64,000 bases of DNA from an uncultured Planctomycetaceae bacterium (lineage in GTDB: Bacteria > Planctomycetota > Phycisphaerae > SM23-33): positions 22,960 through 86,959 of the forward strand of contig CAZSLS010000004.1 in NCBI GenBank assembly GCA_964607575.1, given 5' to 3'. The notes under the pieces were generated by a model. It searched no databases. It saw only the letters and a list, made by a program, of their open reading frames with translations, and had not been told where the DNA came from. Positions 9,845 through 18,819 of the stretch are shown here, in pieces. The first letter of the stretch is position 1. Every line of letters starts with the position of its first letter. The translations under genes were made by a program, and so were the position numbers.

Positions 9845-11122
9845 TCAGCGTCCGCAGTGTGGGCAGGTCTGCTGTCTGTGCTGGGGTCCGCCGCGTCCGA
9901 AGCTGGCCTGCGGTCCGCGCTGGTATCTACCGCGTCCGAAGCTGGCCTGCGGTCCGCGTTGGGGTCCACCGCGTCCGAAGCTGGCCTGCGGTCCGCGTTG
10001 GAATCCGCCGCGTCCGAAACTGGCTTGTGGTCCGCGCTGGAATCCGCCGCGTCCGAAGCTGGCCTGCGGTCCGCGCTGGAATCTGCCGCGTCCGAAGCGG
10101 GCTTGTGGTCCGCGCTGGAATCCGCTGCGTCCGAAGCTGGGTTGCGGTCTGCGGAAAGCCCCGCCTCTGGAAGCGCTACCGTGATGACTTCTGCTGCCAT
10201 GGCTGGACTGGCTCCGGCGACGGCCATGCGATCCGTGTCTGGACCTGCTGCTGTGACCGCTGGACCTGCCGCGAGCCTGTGAGGATCCGGAGCTTCTATG
10301 CTGACTTATCCTATTGCGTATTGCTTCATGAATCCGCTTGATGAACTCTTCCCTGGACTTGGGGCTGGACTTGGATGCTTGCGCACCCTTTTTGTGCATT
10401 GCGGCGAATCGGCGTTTCATCTCTTCACTGGGTCCCCGCCCGGAGAAGCCACGATGCGGGCCACGGCCTTGGAAGCTGCGCTGTGATCCAGGGCTTTTAT
10501 GCTGGCTCATCTTTTTGCGCATTCCTTCGTGCATCTTCTTGATGAACTCTTCTCTGGATTTGGGGCTGGACTTGGATGCTTCGGCACCCTTCTTGCGCAT
10601 TTCGGCGAATCGGCGTTTCAGCTCTTCACTGGGACCTCGCCCGGAGAAGCCGCGCTGCGGTCCGCGCCCGAAGGACCCGCCTTGCGGTCTGCGACCATGG
10701 AAACCGCGTTGCGAGCCGAAGCCCTTATTCTGGCCCATCCTTTTGCGCATTTCTTCGTGCATCTTCTTGATGAATTCTTGCCTGGACTTAGGGCTGGACT
10801 TGGATGCTTCGGCACCTTTCTTGCGCATTTCGGCGAATCGGCGTTTCATCTCTTCACTGGGTCCCCGTCCGGAGAAGCCGCGATGCGATCCGCGCCCGAA
10901 GAAGCCGCCTCGTGGCCCACGACCCTGGAAGCCGCGCTGCGGACCATGTCCCTGTGGCGCCTTGGCTTTGGATGCGTCTTTGTCTCGATCGCTGGTGTAT
11001 TCAGATTTCTTGTCATCGTCACGCCCTCGGGGGCCGCGGCGCGAGTATTGCGCAAACGACCATGTTCCCGAAAAGGCGACCGTCAACACTGCAACCAACA
11101 ACATAATCCCGTACCGTTTCAT
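9845..11122 (-). CDS. Exported, highly basic, low-complexity repeat protein with C-terminal CPHC
   Basis: Signal peptide MKRYGIMLLVAVLTVAFSGTWSFA; SD AGGAGA; three ~65-75-aa repeats (SEEMKRRFAEMRKK...EEFIKKMHE) and seven 13-aa SFGRGGFQRGPQA repeats. Confidence 0.75.
   Translation of the reverse strand: MKRYGIMLLVAVLTVAFSGTWSFAQYSRRGPRGRDDDKKSEYTSDRDKDASKAKAPQGHGPQRGFQGRGPRGGFFGRGSHRGFSGRGPSEEMKRRFAEMRKKGAEASKSSPKSRQEFIKKMHEEMRKRMGQNKGFGSQRGFHGRRPQGGSFGRGPQRGFSGRGPSEELKRRFAEMRKKGAEASKSSPKSREEFIKKMHEGMRKKMSQHKSPGSQRSFQGRGPHRGFSGRGPSEEMKRRFAAMHKKGAQASKSSPKSREEFIKRIHEAIRNRISQHRSSGSSQARGRSSGHSSRSRHGSHGRRRSQSSHGSRSHHGSASRGGAFRRPQPSFGRSGFQRGPQARFGRGRFQRGPQASFGRGGFQRGPQASFGRGGFQRGPQASFGRGGPQRGPQASFGRGRYQRGPQASFGRGGPQHRQQTCPHCGR
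9884..10160. repeat. 39-bp tandem repeat, about 7 copies (coding)
   Basis: The unit ~CCGCGTCCGAAGCTGGCCTGCGGTCCGCGCTGGAATCCG recurs in tandem. Confidence 0.9.
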
Positions 11123-11487
11123 GACTTATCTCCTTTGCAACAAATAACACGAAGTAGGATTGTGAACCTGTAGTTTATGTGGACACCCGCCCGTATCGGT
11201 AACGGGAAAACTGGATTAATCTGTATCGACTCATACAATTTTCCATTTTCCCCTTGGTTAGATCGGGATTCTGTGGTATCATGGTCGCAAGTAGGGTTCG
11301 CTTCGGATGGAGAGGCGGACCGCATATGATCCGGGCCTGAGCCGGCTCGAATTGAATTCGTCAAAGAGTCGCATCGAGAATGAGGGCATCGGCGTTTTCG
11401 CCCATGCGTTTCCTTTCGTGATCAGGGTTTCAACTATCTGGTTTCGTGCCGGTTGACTGCCCTGGGACGTGGAAGAGGAGTCAGAGA

Positions 11488-12132
11488 ATGAAAATGAGGA
11501 TAATGACAATCCTGCTGCTGGTGTTTGTGTTGGCTGGGGCGGATCGGGTCCGGGCGGACTTGATCGTCAACGGCGACTTCAGTTCTGGTGGTACGGGCTT
11601 CTCGACCACTTATACGTATACCAACACTTCCTCAGTGAACCTGACGGGCGCCCAAACGTATACGATAATCAACGATCCCCTCAATGCCCATGTCGCATTC
11701 AGCTCGTACGGCGATCACACCACGGGCGATGGTCCCATGATGGTCGTTAACGGCGCCGTCAACTCTGGTGTGACCGTGTGGTCCGAGACCGTCAGTGTCT
11801 CCCAAAACGTTGACTATACGTTCACGGCGTGGGTCTCTTCGTGTTATCCTCTTAACCCGGCCAATTTGAACTTCCTGATTAATAACGTGTCTATCGGTAC
11901 TATGAATGCCCCGCCTGTTACGGGGATATGGGATGACTTCGTCGGAATCTGGGATTCTGGTTCGGCCACAAGCGCCACGATCAAGATAGTAGACCTCAGC
12001 ACTGCAAACGACGGCAACGATTTCGCTCTCGACGACATTTCCTTCACGCCAGAGCCGGCTTCGTTGTTATTGGTCTGCGTAGCGACACCGTTCGTACTGA
12101 AGCGTCGTAAACTGACCAACGGTCGACGATAA
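11488..12132 (+). CDS. PEP-CTERM protein with jelly-roll (carbohydrate-binding-like) domain
   Basis: Signal peptide; DLIVNGDFSSG...GNDFALDDISF; C-terminal TPEPASLLLVCVATPFVLKRRK sorting signal; GAGGAG SD upstream of ATG 11488. Confidence 0.85.
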   Translation: MKMRIMTILLLVFVLAGADRVRADLIVNGDFSSGGTGFSTTYTYTNTSSVNLTGAQTYTIINDPLNAHVAFSSYGDHTTGDGPMMVVNGAVNSGVTVWSETVSVSQNVDYTFTAWVSSCYPLNPANLNFLINNVSIGTMNAPPVTGIWDDFVGIWDSGSATSATIKIVDLSTANDGNDFALDDISFTPEPASLLLVCVATPFVLKRRKLTNGRR

Positions 12133-12157
12133 AAGCACCCTTCTCCGATTCAAAATG

Positions 12158-12205
12158 AACAAGGGCGGGAACAGACCCGCAAGTTCTCTGTTCCCGCCCT
12201 TTGTT
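12158..12205. terminator. Bidirectional intrinsic terminator
   Basis: AACAAGGGCGGGAACAGA...TCTGTTCCCGCCCTTTGTT inverted repeat between convergent genes. Confidence 0.75.
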
Positions 12206-12241
12206 TGTCTGCGGCGCGTTACCGCGCCGCGGTGTTGTTTT

Positions 12242-13633
12242 CTACAAGCTCCAGCCGTCTCGATACTTTATGTGGAGCAGTTCGTTGGCCTTGGGGAAAT
12301 TGGTGAACTTCATTTGCTTGCTGTCGAACTCGAGCTTCTGACCGCTGAAACGCATCGCCAGCACGCCCAGGAGCACCATTTCCGTCAGTGCCCCGCCGTA
12401 TTCAAAGTTTGAACTTGCCGGCTTGCCGTCCTTGCAGGCCCGAAGCCAGTCGCCCATGTGCCCGTTCTTTATGCGCCGCAAGGTCTTGGGCGGGCGGTTG
12501 GGGTCGTATTCCTTCTGCTTGGTTTCGGGGAATATCCGCATTCCGCTGGCTCCGTGCGAGCCGTGCTTGATCTGGCCTTTGGACCCGAAGATAAACGCGC
12601 CGCTGGCGTCAATCCTTCGTCCCTTTTCGAGATCCTTGGGACGCGGTGTTTTGTACGATCCGTCAGTCCAGACCAGCTTGACCGGCGGCATTTTGCCTCG
12701 TGCGGGGAATTGGTATGTCAGCGTCGAAGCGATCGGGAACGCCTGATCGGCCAGTTCGGGCTTGTGGTGCTTGACCTCGGCCTGCACGCTCGTCGGGTAG
12801 CCCAAGTCCAGAGCCCAGAACGCCGGGTCCAGTATGTGGCAGCCCATATCGCCCAGCGCCCCGGTTCCGTACGCCAGCCACGCGCGCCACTTGAACGGAT
12901 GGTACGCCGGATGATACGGGCGTTCCTTCGCCGGTCCCTGCCAGAGGTCCCAATCGAGGTCCTTCGGTACCGGCGGCGTGCCTTTGGGTAATTCGCGTGC
13001 GGCGAAGTTGGCGTACCACGGTCCCTTGTCCGGGCGGTCTGACCATGCGTGAACTTCTTTCACGTCTCCGATCGCCCCTGCGGCGATCCATTCCTTCAGC
13101 AGGCGGATCGCTTCGGAGGAGTGTCCCTGGTTGCCCATCTGCGTCTGGACTTTGTATTTGCGGGCGGCCTCTTTGAGCATACGCGCTTCGTAGACCGTGT
13201 GGGCCAACGGTTTCTGGCAGAACACGTGTTTGCTCAGCTTCATGGCGGCCATTGCAATCACCGCGTGCGTGTGGTCCGGCGTTGCGATCATGACCGCGTC
13301 GATATCCTTCCGCTTTTCGAGCATGATTCGGAAGTCTTTGTACGTTTTGGCCTTTGGGAATCTCTTAAACGTCCCGGCGGCTTTCTTGAAGTCCACATCG
13401 CACAGGGCGACGACATTCTCGCCCTGACACTGCCTCATATTGCCCCCGCCCATGCCGCCAACGCCGATGCCCGCGACATTCAGCTTGTCGCTGGGGGCCT
13501 TGGCTCCGGCTTTGGCGCCCAAGACGTGACTCGGCATGATGGTAAGCACGCTGGCGCCGGCGGCTGCTCCTGCTCCGGCTGCTAGAAAATCGCGACGGGT
13601 GAGCTTCGGCGCCTTTGAGTTCTGGTCTTTCAT
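12242..13633 (-). CDS. Tat-exported Gfo/Idh/MocA family oxidoreductase
   Basis: Tat motif LTRRDFL; Rossmann AGIGVGGMG; ATPDHTH; CQKPL; QMGNQG; GALGDMGCH. ATG 13633 has AAAGGA upstream. Confidence 0.92.
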   Translation of the reverse strand: MKDQNSKAPKLTRRDFLAAGAGAAAGASVLTIMPSHVLGAKAGAKAPSDKLNVAGIGVGGMGGGNMRQCQGENVVALCDVDFKKAAGTFKRFPKAKTYKDFRIMLEKRKDIDAVMIATPDHTHAVIAMAAMKLSKHVFCQKPLAHTVYEARMLKEAARKYKVQTQMGNQGHSSEAIRLLKEWIAAGAIGDVKEVHAWSDRPDKGPWYANFAARELPKGTPPVPKDLDWDLWQGPAKERPYHPAYHPFKWRAWLAYGTGALGDMGCHILDPAFWALDLGYPTSVQAEVKHHKPELADQAFPIASTLTYQFPARGKMPPVKLVWTDGSYKTPRPKDLEKGRRIDASGAFIFGSKGQIKHGSHGASGMRIFPETKQKEYDPNRPPKTLRRIKNGHMGDWLRACKDGKPASSNFEYGGALTEMVLLGVLAMRFSGQKLEFDSKQMKFTNFPKANELLHIKYRDGWSL

Positions 13634-13773
13634 CGATTGTCCTTTCACGCGGGTTATTGAGGCTTCTAGCGTACCAAACCGACGCCCGCCGACGCAAGGG
13701 CCGAACCTGCAAAAACGTTTTGGTTATACGCGGTTTGGAGGATACAATCCTGTTCGACGCGAAAGGACTGTCT

Positions 13774-16662
13774 ATGCCTCCCAGAACGTTGAGAACTATC
13801 GGATGTTTGATCGTATTCGCCTGCGTGTGCGGGCCGGTCCGGGGCGCCGAAAAAACGCTGATCGCGCATGGCGGTTCCTGGACCGTTCGCGACAAGGCGG
13901 TCTGGACTGACGGGATGGGCGGTCCGAAATTGGTTGCGACAGGAACCGATTTCGCCGACGGACAGGCCGGCGTTGAGGTCTACTTCGACAATGCGGCGAC
14001 CGGTAACGCCGGGCTGATCGTTCACGTAAGCCAAGCCGGCGTCGGCGCCAATAAGTTCATCGGATACGAGATCGCCCTGGACCCCGGAAGACAGCAGTTG
14101 CGCTTGGGGCGTCACAAACACAATTTCTCGCTGATGAGGGACATCAAGACAACCGTACCCCTGAGACGATGGATTCCGCTGGTGGTTCGGATCAAGGGCG
14201 GGCTCATTGAGGTGGACGTCGACGGTAAAAAGACCGCCTCGATGAAGGACCCGCGAGGCTTCCTGCCCGCGGGGGCGGTCGGGTTGAGGCCCTGGGCGCG
14301 GAAGGCGGGGTTCCGCAACCTGTGGGTGATGCAGAAGGACAAGAAACGCACAATCGAGTTCCGCCAGGAGCTTATCGGCGGGCGGATCGCCGCGCCGCCC
14401 AAACGCAAGCCAAAGGTCCAACCTAAACCGGCACCGCAGATAACCACCGCCGATCAACTCGCCTTAAAAGCCCGATTCATAAAAGCCGTCCCGCGCCTGG
14501 TCTTTGTCAAGCGGCATCACTTCAAGCGCCCGTTTGGTATCGGCTCGATCATCGGCTGGAACATCTTCACACCGGGCGGGGGGATATATACGTGCGACCT
14601 GACCAAGACCGGAGCGGCGCGAGAGACCGAACTGTTCAGGAACGATGACGGGACCATATACGACATGAGCCTGTCGTTCGACGCGAAGAAGATCCTGTTT
14701 GCTTGGCGTGACTGCAAGAAGGGCGAGCCGTTCCACATCTACGAGATCGGTGCGGATGGCAAGGGCCTCAGGCAGATCACCAGCGGACGCTTCCACGATA
14801 TCCACCCGTTCTATCTGCCCGACGGGAAGATCGGGTTCGTCACGTCGCGCGTCGAGGCGTTTACGATGTGCCAACCGGGTGCGGCGTGTGCGTTGTACAT
14901 CATGGACACCGACGGTAAGAACATGCGTCGGATACATTTCGGTACGCTGGCCGATCACTCGCCGTATGTGATGAACGACGGAAGAATCCTCTTTACGCGG
15001 TGGGAATATCAGGACAAGAGCCTTACCTACCCCCAGGGCCTCTGGACGATCAACCCCGACGGGACGCGACTGAGGTTGTTCTACGGGAACACGATCTACG
15101 AACCGGCGGTGACCTGGCAGGCCAAGGGGATTCCGGGCAAATCGACGGTGCTGTGCACGCTGGCGCCGCATCACGGGAATCCGATAGGCGCCATAGGGAT
15201 CATCGACCGCAGCAAGGGCCTGGAGAACCCGCTGGCCATCGAAAACATCACGCCGGAAGTACCGTACCGCCCGGACCTCAACCGCGCCGGCCATGGCGAC
15301 AGGCAGTATCCTCGTTCGTACCGCGATCCGCACCCGATCACCGGCGATCTGTATCTGGCGTCGCACCAAGCCGCCGGGCGGTTCGGCATATTCGCGCTCA
15401 ACAACAAGGGCGCCAAGGCGCTCATTCACGGGGATGATGAGCTTTCGTGCTTCAATGCGCTTCCGCTTGCGCCGAGGACGCCTCCGCTCAGCAAGCCCAT
15501 GCTCGAACCGTCGGACAAGAAGTATGGCACGTTCATCATCACCAACGTCTACGAAGGATTGACGGGCGTAAAGCCCGGACAGGTCAAGGCGATCCGCGTC
15601 ATGCGCGTCTATCCCAAGCCGTGCAACATGCGCGGGAGGCGGGCATACGACATGGATCCGCTGCAGTCCCGCGCAACGTACTACTCCAAACGGTGCGTCG
15701 GGACGGTACCGGTCGACGCCAAGGGGACGGCGAGTTTCAAGGCCCCCGCGAAGGTGGAGCTATACTTCCAGGCCCTCGACGCTTCGGGCAAGGAACTCCA
15801 GCGGATGGGGACCGTCACGCAGATCATGCCCGGCGAGACCCAGAGTTGCATCGGATGTCACGAAAATGCCTTCATGGCCCCCCCGAGCGGTGCGGCGTTC
15901 GTCAAGCTGCTGAGGCGCAAGCCCGTTGACATCACGCCTCCGCCCTGGGGCGACGGGCCGATAGACTTCGTCCGCCACATCCAGCCGGTGTTCGACAAGT
16001 ATTGCATCAAGTGTCACAACGGTGCCGATCCCAAGAAGGGCCTGGACCTCTCGGGCGACAAGACGCGGTATTTCAACATGGCGTACGACTCTTTGCTGGA
16101 CCGCAAGATGGTCCAATACCACTGGCTGTTGAGAGCTCCGGTCAGGAACTGGAAACCGCTGACCACCGGCTCGCGAGTCAGTAAGCTAATAAAGTACATC
16201 GACCAGAAGCATGAGAAGGTGGTCGTCGACGATGAGTCGCGGAGGCGGATCTACACGTGGATCGACGCCAACGTTCCGTATTACGGGACGTACGATCACA
16301 CCCGCCCGGGCACGCCGGGATCGAGAGATCTCTGGACTGGTCCCTGGCTCGGGCAACTGAGAAACGCCCTGAAGGCCGCACGCGTCAAACACGGCTTCGC
16401 CCACACCGACGTCAACCTGACCCGCCCCGAATTCAGTCGCGTGCTGACCGCATACCTGTCCAAATCCGCCGGTGGACGGGCCGACGATAAGAAAGCTGTA
16501 TTCAAGAGCAAGTCGGACCCCAAATACGTGGCGATTCTCAAAGCGATCCAGGCCGGTAAGCAGGCCCTCGACGCCAACCCCCGCGTTGACATGCCCGGCG
16601 CCAAACCAAAACCGTATCCCAAAGACTACGGAAAACTCTACAGCGGATTCTCCGGCCCGTAA
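13774..16662 (+). CDS. HzsA-like protein (lectin/DUF1080-like domain + TolB-like propeller + hydrazine synthase alpha middle domain + two CxxCH)
   Basis: Signal peptide; propeller motifs (LSFDAKKILF, DIHPFYLPDGKIGF, DGRILFTRWEY); GTVPVDAKGTASFKAP..ELYFQALD...PGETQSCIGCHE; second heme site QPVFDKYCIKCH; WIDANVPYYG. Confidence 0.8.
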   Translation: MPPRTLRTIGCLIVFACVCGPVRGAEKTLIAHGGSWTVRDKAVWTDGMGGPKLVATGTDFADGQAGVEVYFDNAATGNAGLIVHVSQAGVGANKFIGYEIALDPGRQQLRLGRHKHNFSLMRDIKTTVPLRRWIPLVVRIKGGLIEVDVDGKKTASMKDPRGFLPAGAVGLRPWARKAGFRNLWVMQKDKKRTIEFRQELIGGRIAAPPKRKPKVQPKPAPQITTADQLALKARFIKAVPRLVFVKRHHFKRPFGIGSIIGWNIFTPGGGIYTCDLTKTGAARETELFRNDDGTIYDMSLSFDAKKILFAWRDCKKGEPFHIYEIGADGKGLRQITSGRFHDIHPFYLPDGKIGFVTSRVEAFTMCQPGAACALYIMDTDGKNMRRIHFGTLADHSPYVMNDGRILFTRWEYQDKSLTYPQGLWTINPDGTRLRLFYGNTIYEPAVTWQAKGIPGKSTVLCTLAPHHGNPIGAIGIIDRSKGLENPLAIENITPEVPYRPDLNRAGHGDRQYPRSYRDPHPITGDLYLASHQAAGRFGIFALNNKGAKALIHGDDELSCFNALPLAPRTPPLSKPMLEPSDKKYGTFIITNVYEGLTGVKPGQVKAIRVMRVYPKPCNMRGRRAYDMDPLQSRATYYSKRCVGTVPVDAKGTASFKAPAKVELYFQALDASGKELQRMGTVTQIMPGETQSCIGCHENAFMAPPSGAAFVKLLRRKPVDITPPPWGDGPIDFVRHIQPVFDKYCIKCHNGADPKKGLDLSGDKTRYFNMAYDSLLDRKMVQYHWLLRAPVRNWKPLTTGSRVSKLIKYIDQKHEKVVVDDESRRRIYTWIDANVPYYGTYDHTRPGTPGSRDLWTGPWLGQLRNALKAARVKHGFAHTDVNLTRPEFSRVLTAYLSKSAGGRADDKKAVFKSKSDPKYVAILKAIQAGKQALDANPRVDMPGAKPKPYPKDYGKLYSGFSGP

Positions 16663-16678
16663 TCACGCCGGCCGGAAA

Positions 16679-17251
16679 CTATCTGAACCTTCTACTTTTC
16701 GAAAGTTGTTTAGCGACGTTTCTGATTCGCTTGTTTGCGCCGTTTTGAGCCAGCCAGACGACCTGCTCGCTGACGAGGTCCGGATGTTCCAGGACACGCT
16801 CGTGCACCCAACTATCCTGGGTTTGCTTTATCCGTTCAAAGGTTTCGGCGAGCCCCCGTTCGTCGATTGCCCTGAGTATTTCATGTCTCGCATATACCTT
16901 ATCCACCGGTGGCTGGTGAACTTCACTGCGATTGCCCAACTCGCCGAACTGCTCGGCGGTAAGGAGGCCCGATCTGACCAGTTCAATAACCCTGTTCAGA
17001 CGAAGATCCTCCCCGTCCGGTCCGCAGTCAGTGAGAGCGAATATGTTATCGATCTCATCGTCAGAGAGAGCTTGTTTGGATTGGATGTAGTTCCGGTACG
17101 CCCCGCACCTGTAGTGCTCGGCGTTGTCATCGTCGGACATTTGTATCTCGGCGTATTGGGCAAGGAGGAACTGTTCCGAAATGATCCCTGAGGATATCCA
17201 CTCGCGGTCGTATCCCAGTCTTGCCAGCGCCTTGTCAATGTCCGTGTCCAT
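16679..17251 (-). CDS. Hypothetical protein (helical)
   Basis: 190-aa ORF in line with the upstream minus-strand genes, with short intergenic gaps. Confidence 0.6.
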   Translation of the reverse strand: MDTDIDKALARLGYDREWISSGIISEQFLLAQYAEIQMSDDDNAEHYRCGAYRNYIQSKQALSDDEIDNIFALTDCGPDGEDLRLNRVIELVRSGLLTAEQFGELGNRSEVHQPPVDKVYARHEILRAIDERGLAETFERIKQTQDSWVHERVLEHPDLVSEQVVWLAQNGANKRIRNVAKQLSKSRRFR

Positions 17252-17262
17252 CGGTGTCTGAG

Positions 17263-18498
17263 CTATTCTATCAGGCCTTTGCCCGGTTTTGGGAAGGGGT
17301 TCTTCCCTTCGGGGTTGGTGAAGTCGAAGTCCGCCGAGAACGTCCGGCCTTTCAGTTGGAGTTCTGCTTCGTCGAGATACTTCATCATTGCGTGATAATC
17401 CGCGTTGCTGTAAGCGTTAACGCCGTGTGTGCCTGCGGGTATTTTGCCTGCATACGTGCCTTTGAGGCGCCTGAAAATACCTTCGCTCGAGTAGTAGTTG
17501 TCTCGCGGCGTGGGGCCTTTGAGCGACTGTTTGGTCTTGATGTCGTTCCTGGTCAGAACAGCGGTCAGCTTCTTCCATCTGTCCGGTGTTGTCTTGTCGA
17601 GGCGGAACATCAGTGCGTTGCGGATTGGCGCCATGATCGTAAAGACCTTCGCATAGGCTCGCCTGTTGTGGTCCTCGATCTTCCCGGCGACCTGGATCAG
17701 TCGATAGCCCTCCTGGAAGGGTCGGCCTTGCGGGGGGACTTCTATGCCGATTGAGTTCACGACAAGGTTGTATCCGTCCTTGACGGCCTTGGGATTGGCC
17801 GCGCACGGTTTTGTGAATTTCTTCCTCTTGTGATCCGGTTTACGTCCGGCCGGCTTGGGGCTATTGCCGAGTTTCGCCAGGCGAGCGACGATTTTGGCTT
17901 CCTGGTCCTTGTAGTTCGGGCGAGCCCACTTGCCCCACACGCGAAGATACTCGGGGATCGTTGTCGCACCGTCGCTGTTGGAGTCCAGCGCGTCGAAGAC
18001 GGCTCCGGCTAGAGCCTTGTCCTTCAACGGTGAATTGCTGACGAACTCGGCGCGGGCGATCTTACCGTTCCTGTCGGCGTCGGTTCGCTGGACGATTCCC
18101 TTGGCCTCGTCGGTAATGATGCGGTTCATGACGTATTCGACTCGCGTGACCACGCCGTCGGCGTTGCTGTCGGCCGCTCCGAAAATGCCTCGCCGCGCCT
18201 GCGGCGTCATGAAGCCGCCGTTTTCAATATACTCTTTCTTCGAGTGCTTTCCATCCTTATTGGGGTCGGACCTGTTGAAATGGCTGATGTACGCGTTTAA
18301 CTGCTTGTCGCTGACGCCATCGCCCCGTTTGGCGCCAAGCATCTTGAGAATATCCAGAACGTTCCGGCCGGCGATTTTGATCTTCTCGCCGGTGTATCGC
18401 GATTTGGGTCCCGCCGCGTCCTTGGCGGATGCGGGTATAGCTGCTGCGGTCAGGACAATCGTGCACATGGTCGTCAGTATGGCGGTTGATCGCTTCAT
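17263..18498 (-). CDS. Exported EF-hand calcium-binding protein with uncharacterised C-terminal domain
   Basis: Signal peptide; four EF-hand-like loops: DPNKDGKHS, DSNADGVVT, DADRNGKIA, DSNSDGATT. Confidence 0.75.
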   Translation of the reverse strand: MKRSTAILTTMCTIVLTAAAIPASAKDAAGPKSRYTGEKIKIAGRNVLDILKMLGAKRGDGVSDKQLNAYISHFNRSDPNKDGKHSKKEYIENGGFMTPQARRGIFGAADSNADGVVTRVEYVMNRIITDEAKGIVQRTDADRNGKIARAEFVSNSPLKDKALAGAVFDALDSNSDGATTIPEYLRVWGKWARPNYKDQEAKIVARLAKLGNSPKPAGRKPDHKRKKFTKPCAANPKAVKDGYNLVVNSIGIEVPPQGRPFQEGYRLIQVAGKIEDHNRRAYAKVFTIMAPIRNALMFRLDKTTPDRWKKLTAVLTRNDIKTKQSLKGPTPRDNYYSSEGIFRRLKGTYAGKIPAGTHGVNAYSNADYHAMMKYLDEAELQLKGRTFSADFDFTNPEGKNPFPKPGKGLIE

Positions 18499-18526
18499 TG
18501 GCTTGCTCCCGGTTTAGCATCACCCT

Positions 18527-18802
18527 TCATCTGCGTGTGATTAGTCGTCGGAGCCAGCGTGCCGGGCGTTTGAGTTTTTCCCGCCATGCCGCCAGCGGCG
18601 AGGTGTCCTTTTCGGGGTCTGACAGTACGATCGAGTAGAACCAGTCAGCCACTTCCTGCGGGAACCCGACCTCGTCTACGGGCTTGAACGGAATCGGCGT
18701 GACCTGGTCGGGATGCCTGAGTCCCCAGTCGATGAACCGCTCGGTCTCGGCGATTATCTCTCGCTGATAGGCGCGCCAGGATTCCTCGACGTTCGAGTCC
18801 AT
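18527..18802 (-). CDS. Hypothetical protein
   Basis: 91-aa ORF filling the gap between co-oriented genes. Confidence 0.55.
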   Translation of the reverse strand: MDSNVEESWRAYQREIIAETERFIDWGLRHPDQVTPIPFKPVDEVGFPQEVADWFYSIVLSDPEKDTSPLAAWREKLKRPARWLRRLITRR

Positions 18803-18819
18803 GCGTTATCCGTGTGTTG

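Noticed and set aside
9884-10160. 39-bp repeats as a CRISPR array
   Set aside because: The units are contiguous with no unique spacers, are a multiple of 3, lie inside a CDS, and no cas genes are present.
9430-11173. Overlapping alternative ORFs (9430..10227, 9806..10282, 10338..11147, 10499..11173)
   Set aside because: These are shadow frames kept open by the 39-bp and longer in-frame repeats. Only 9845..11122(-) has an SD and a signal peptide.
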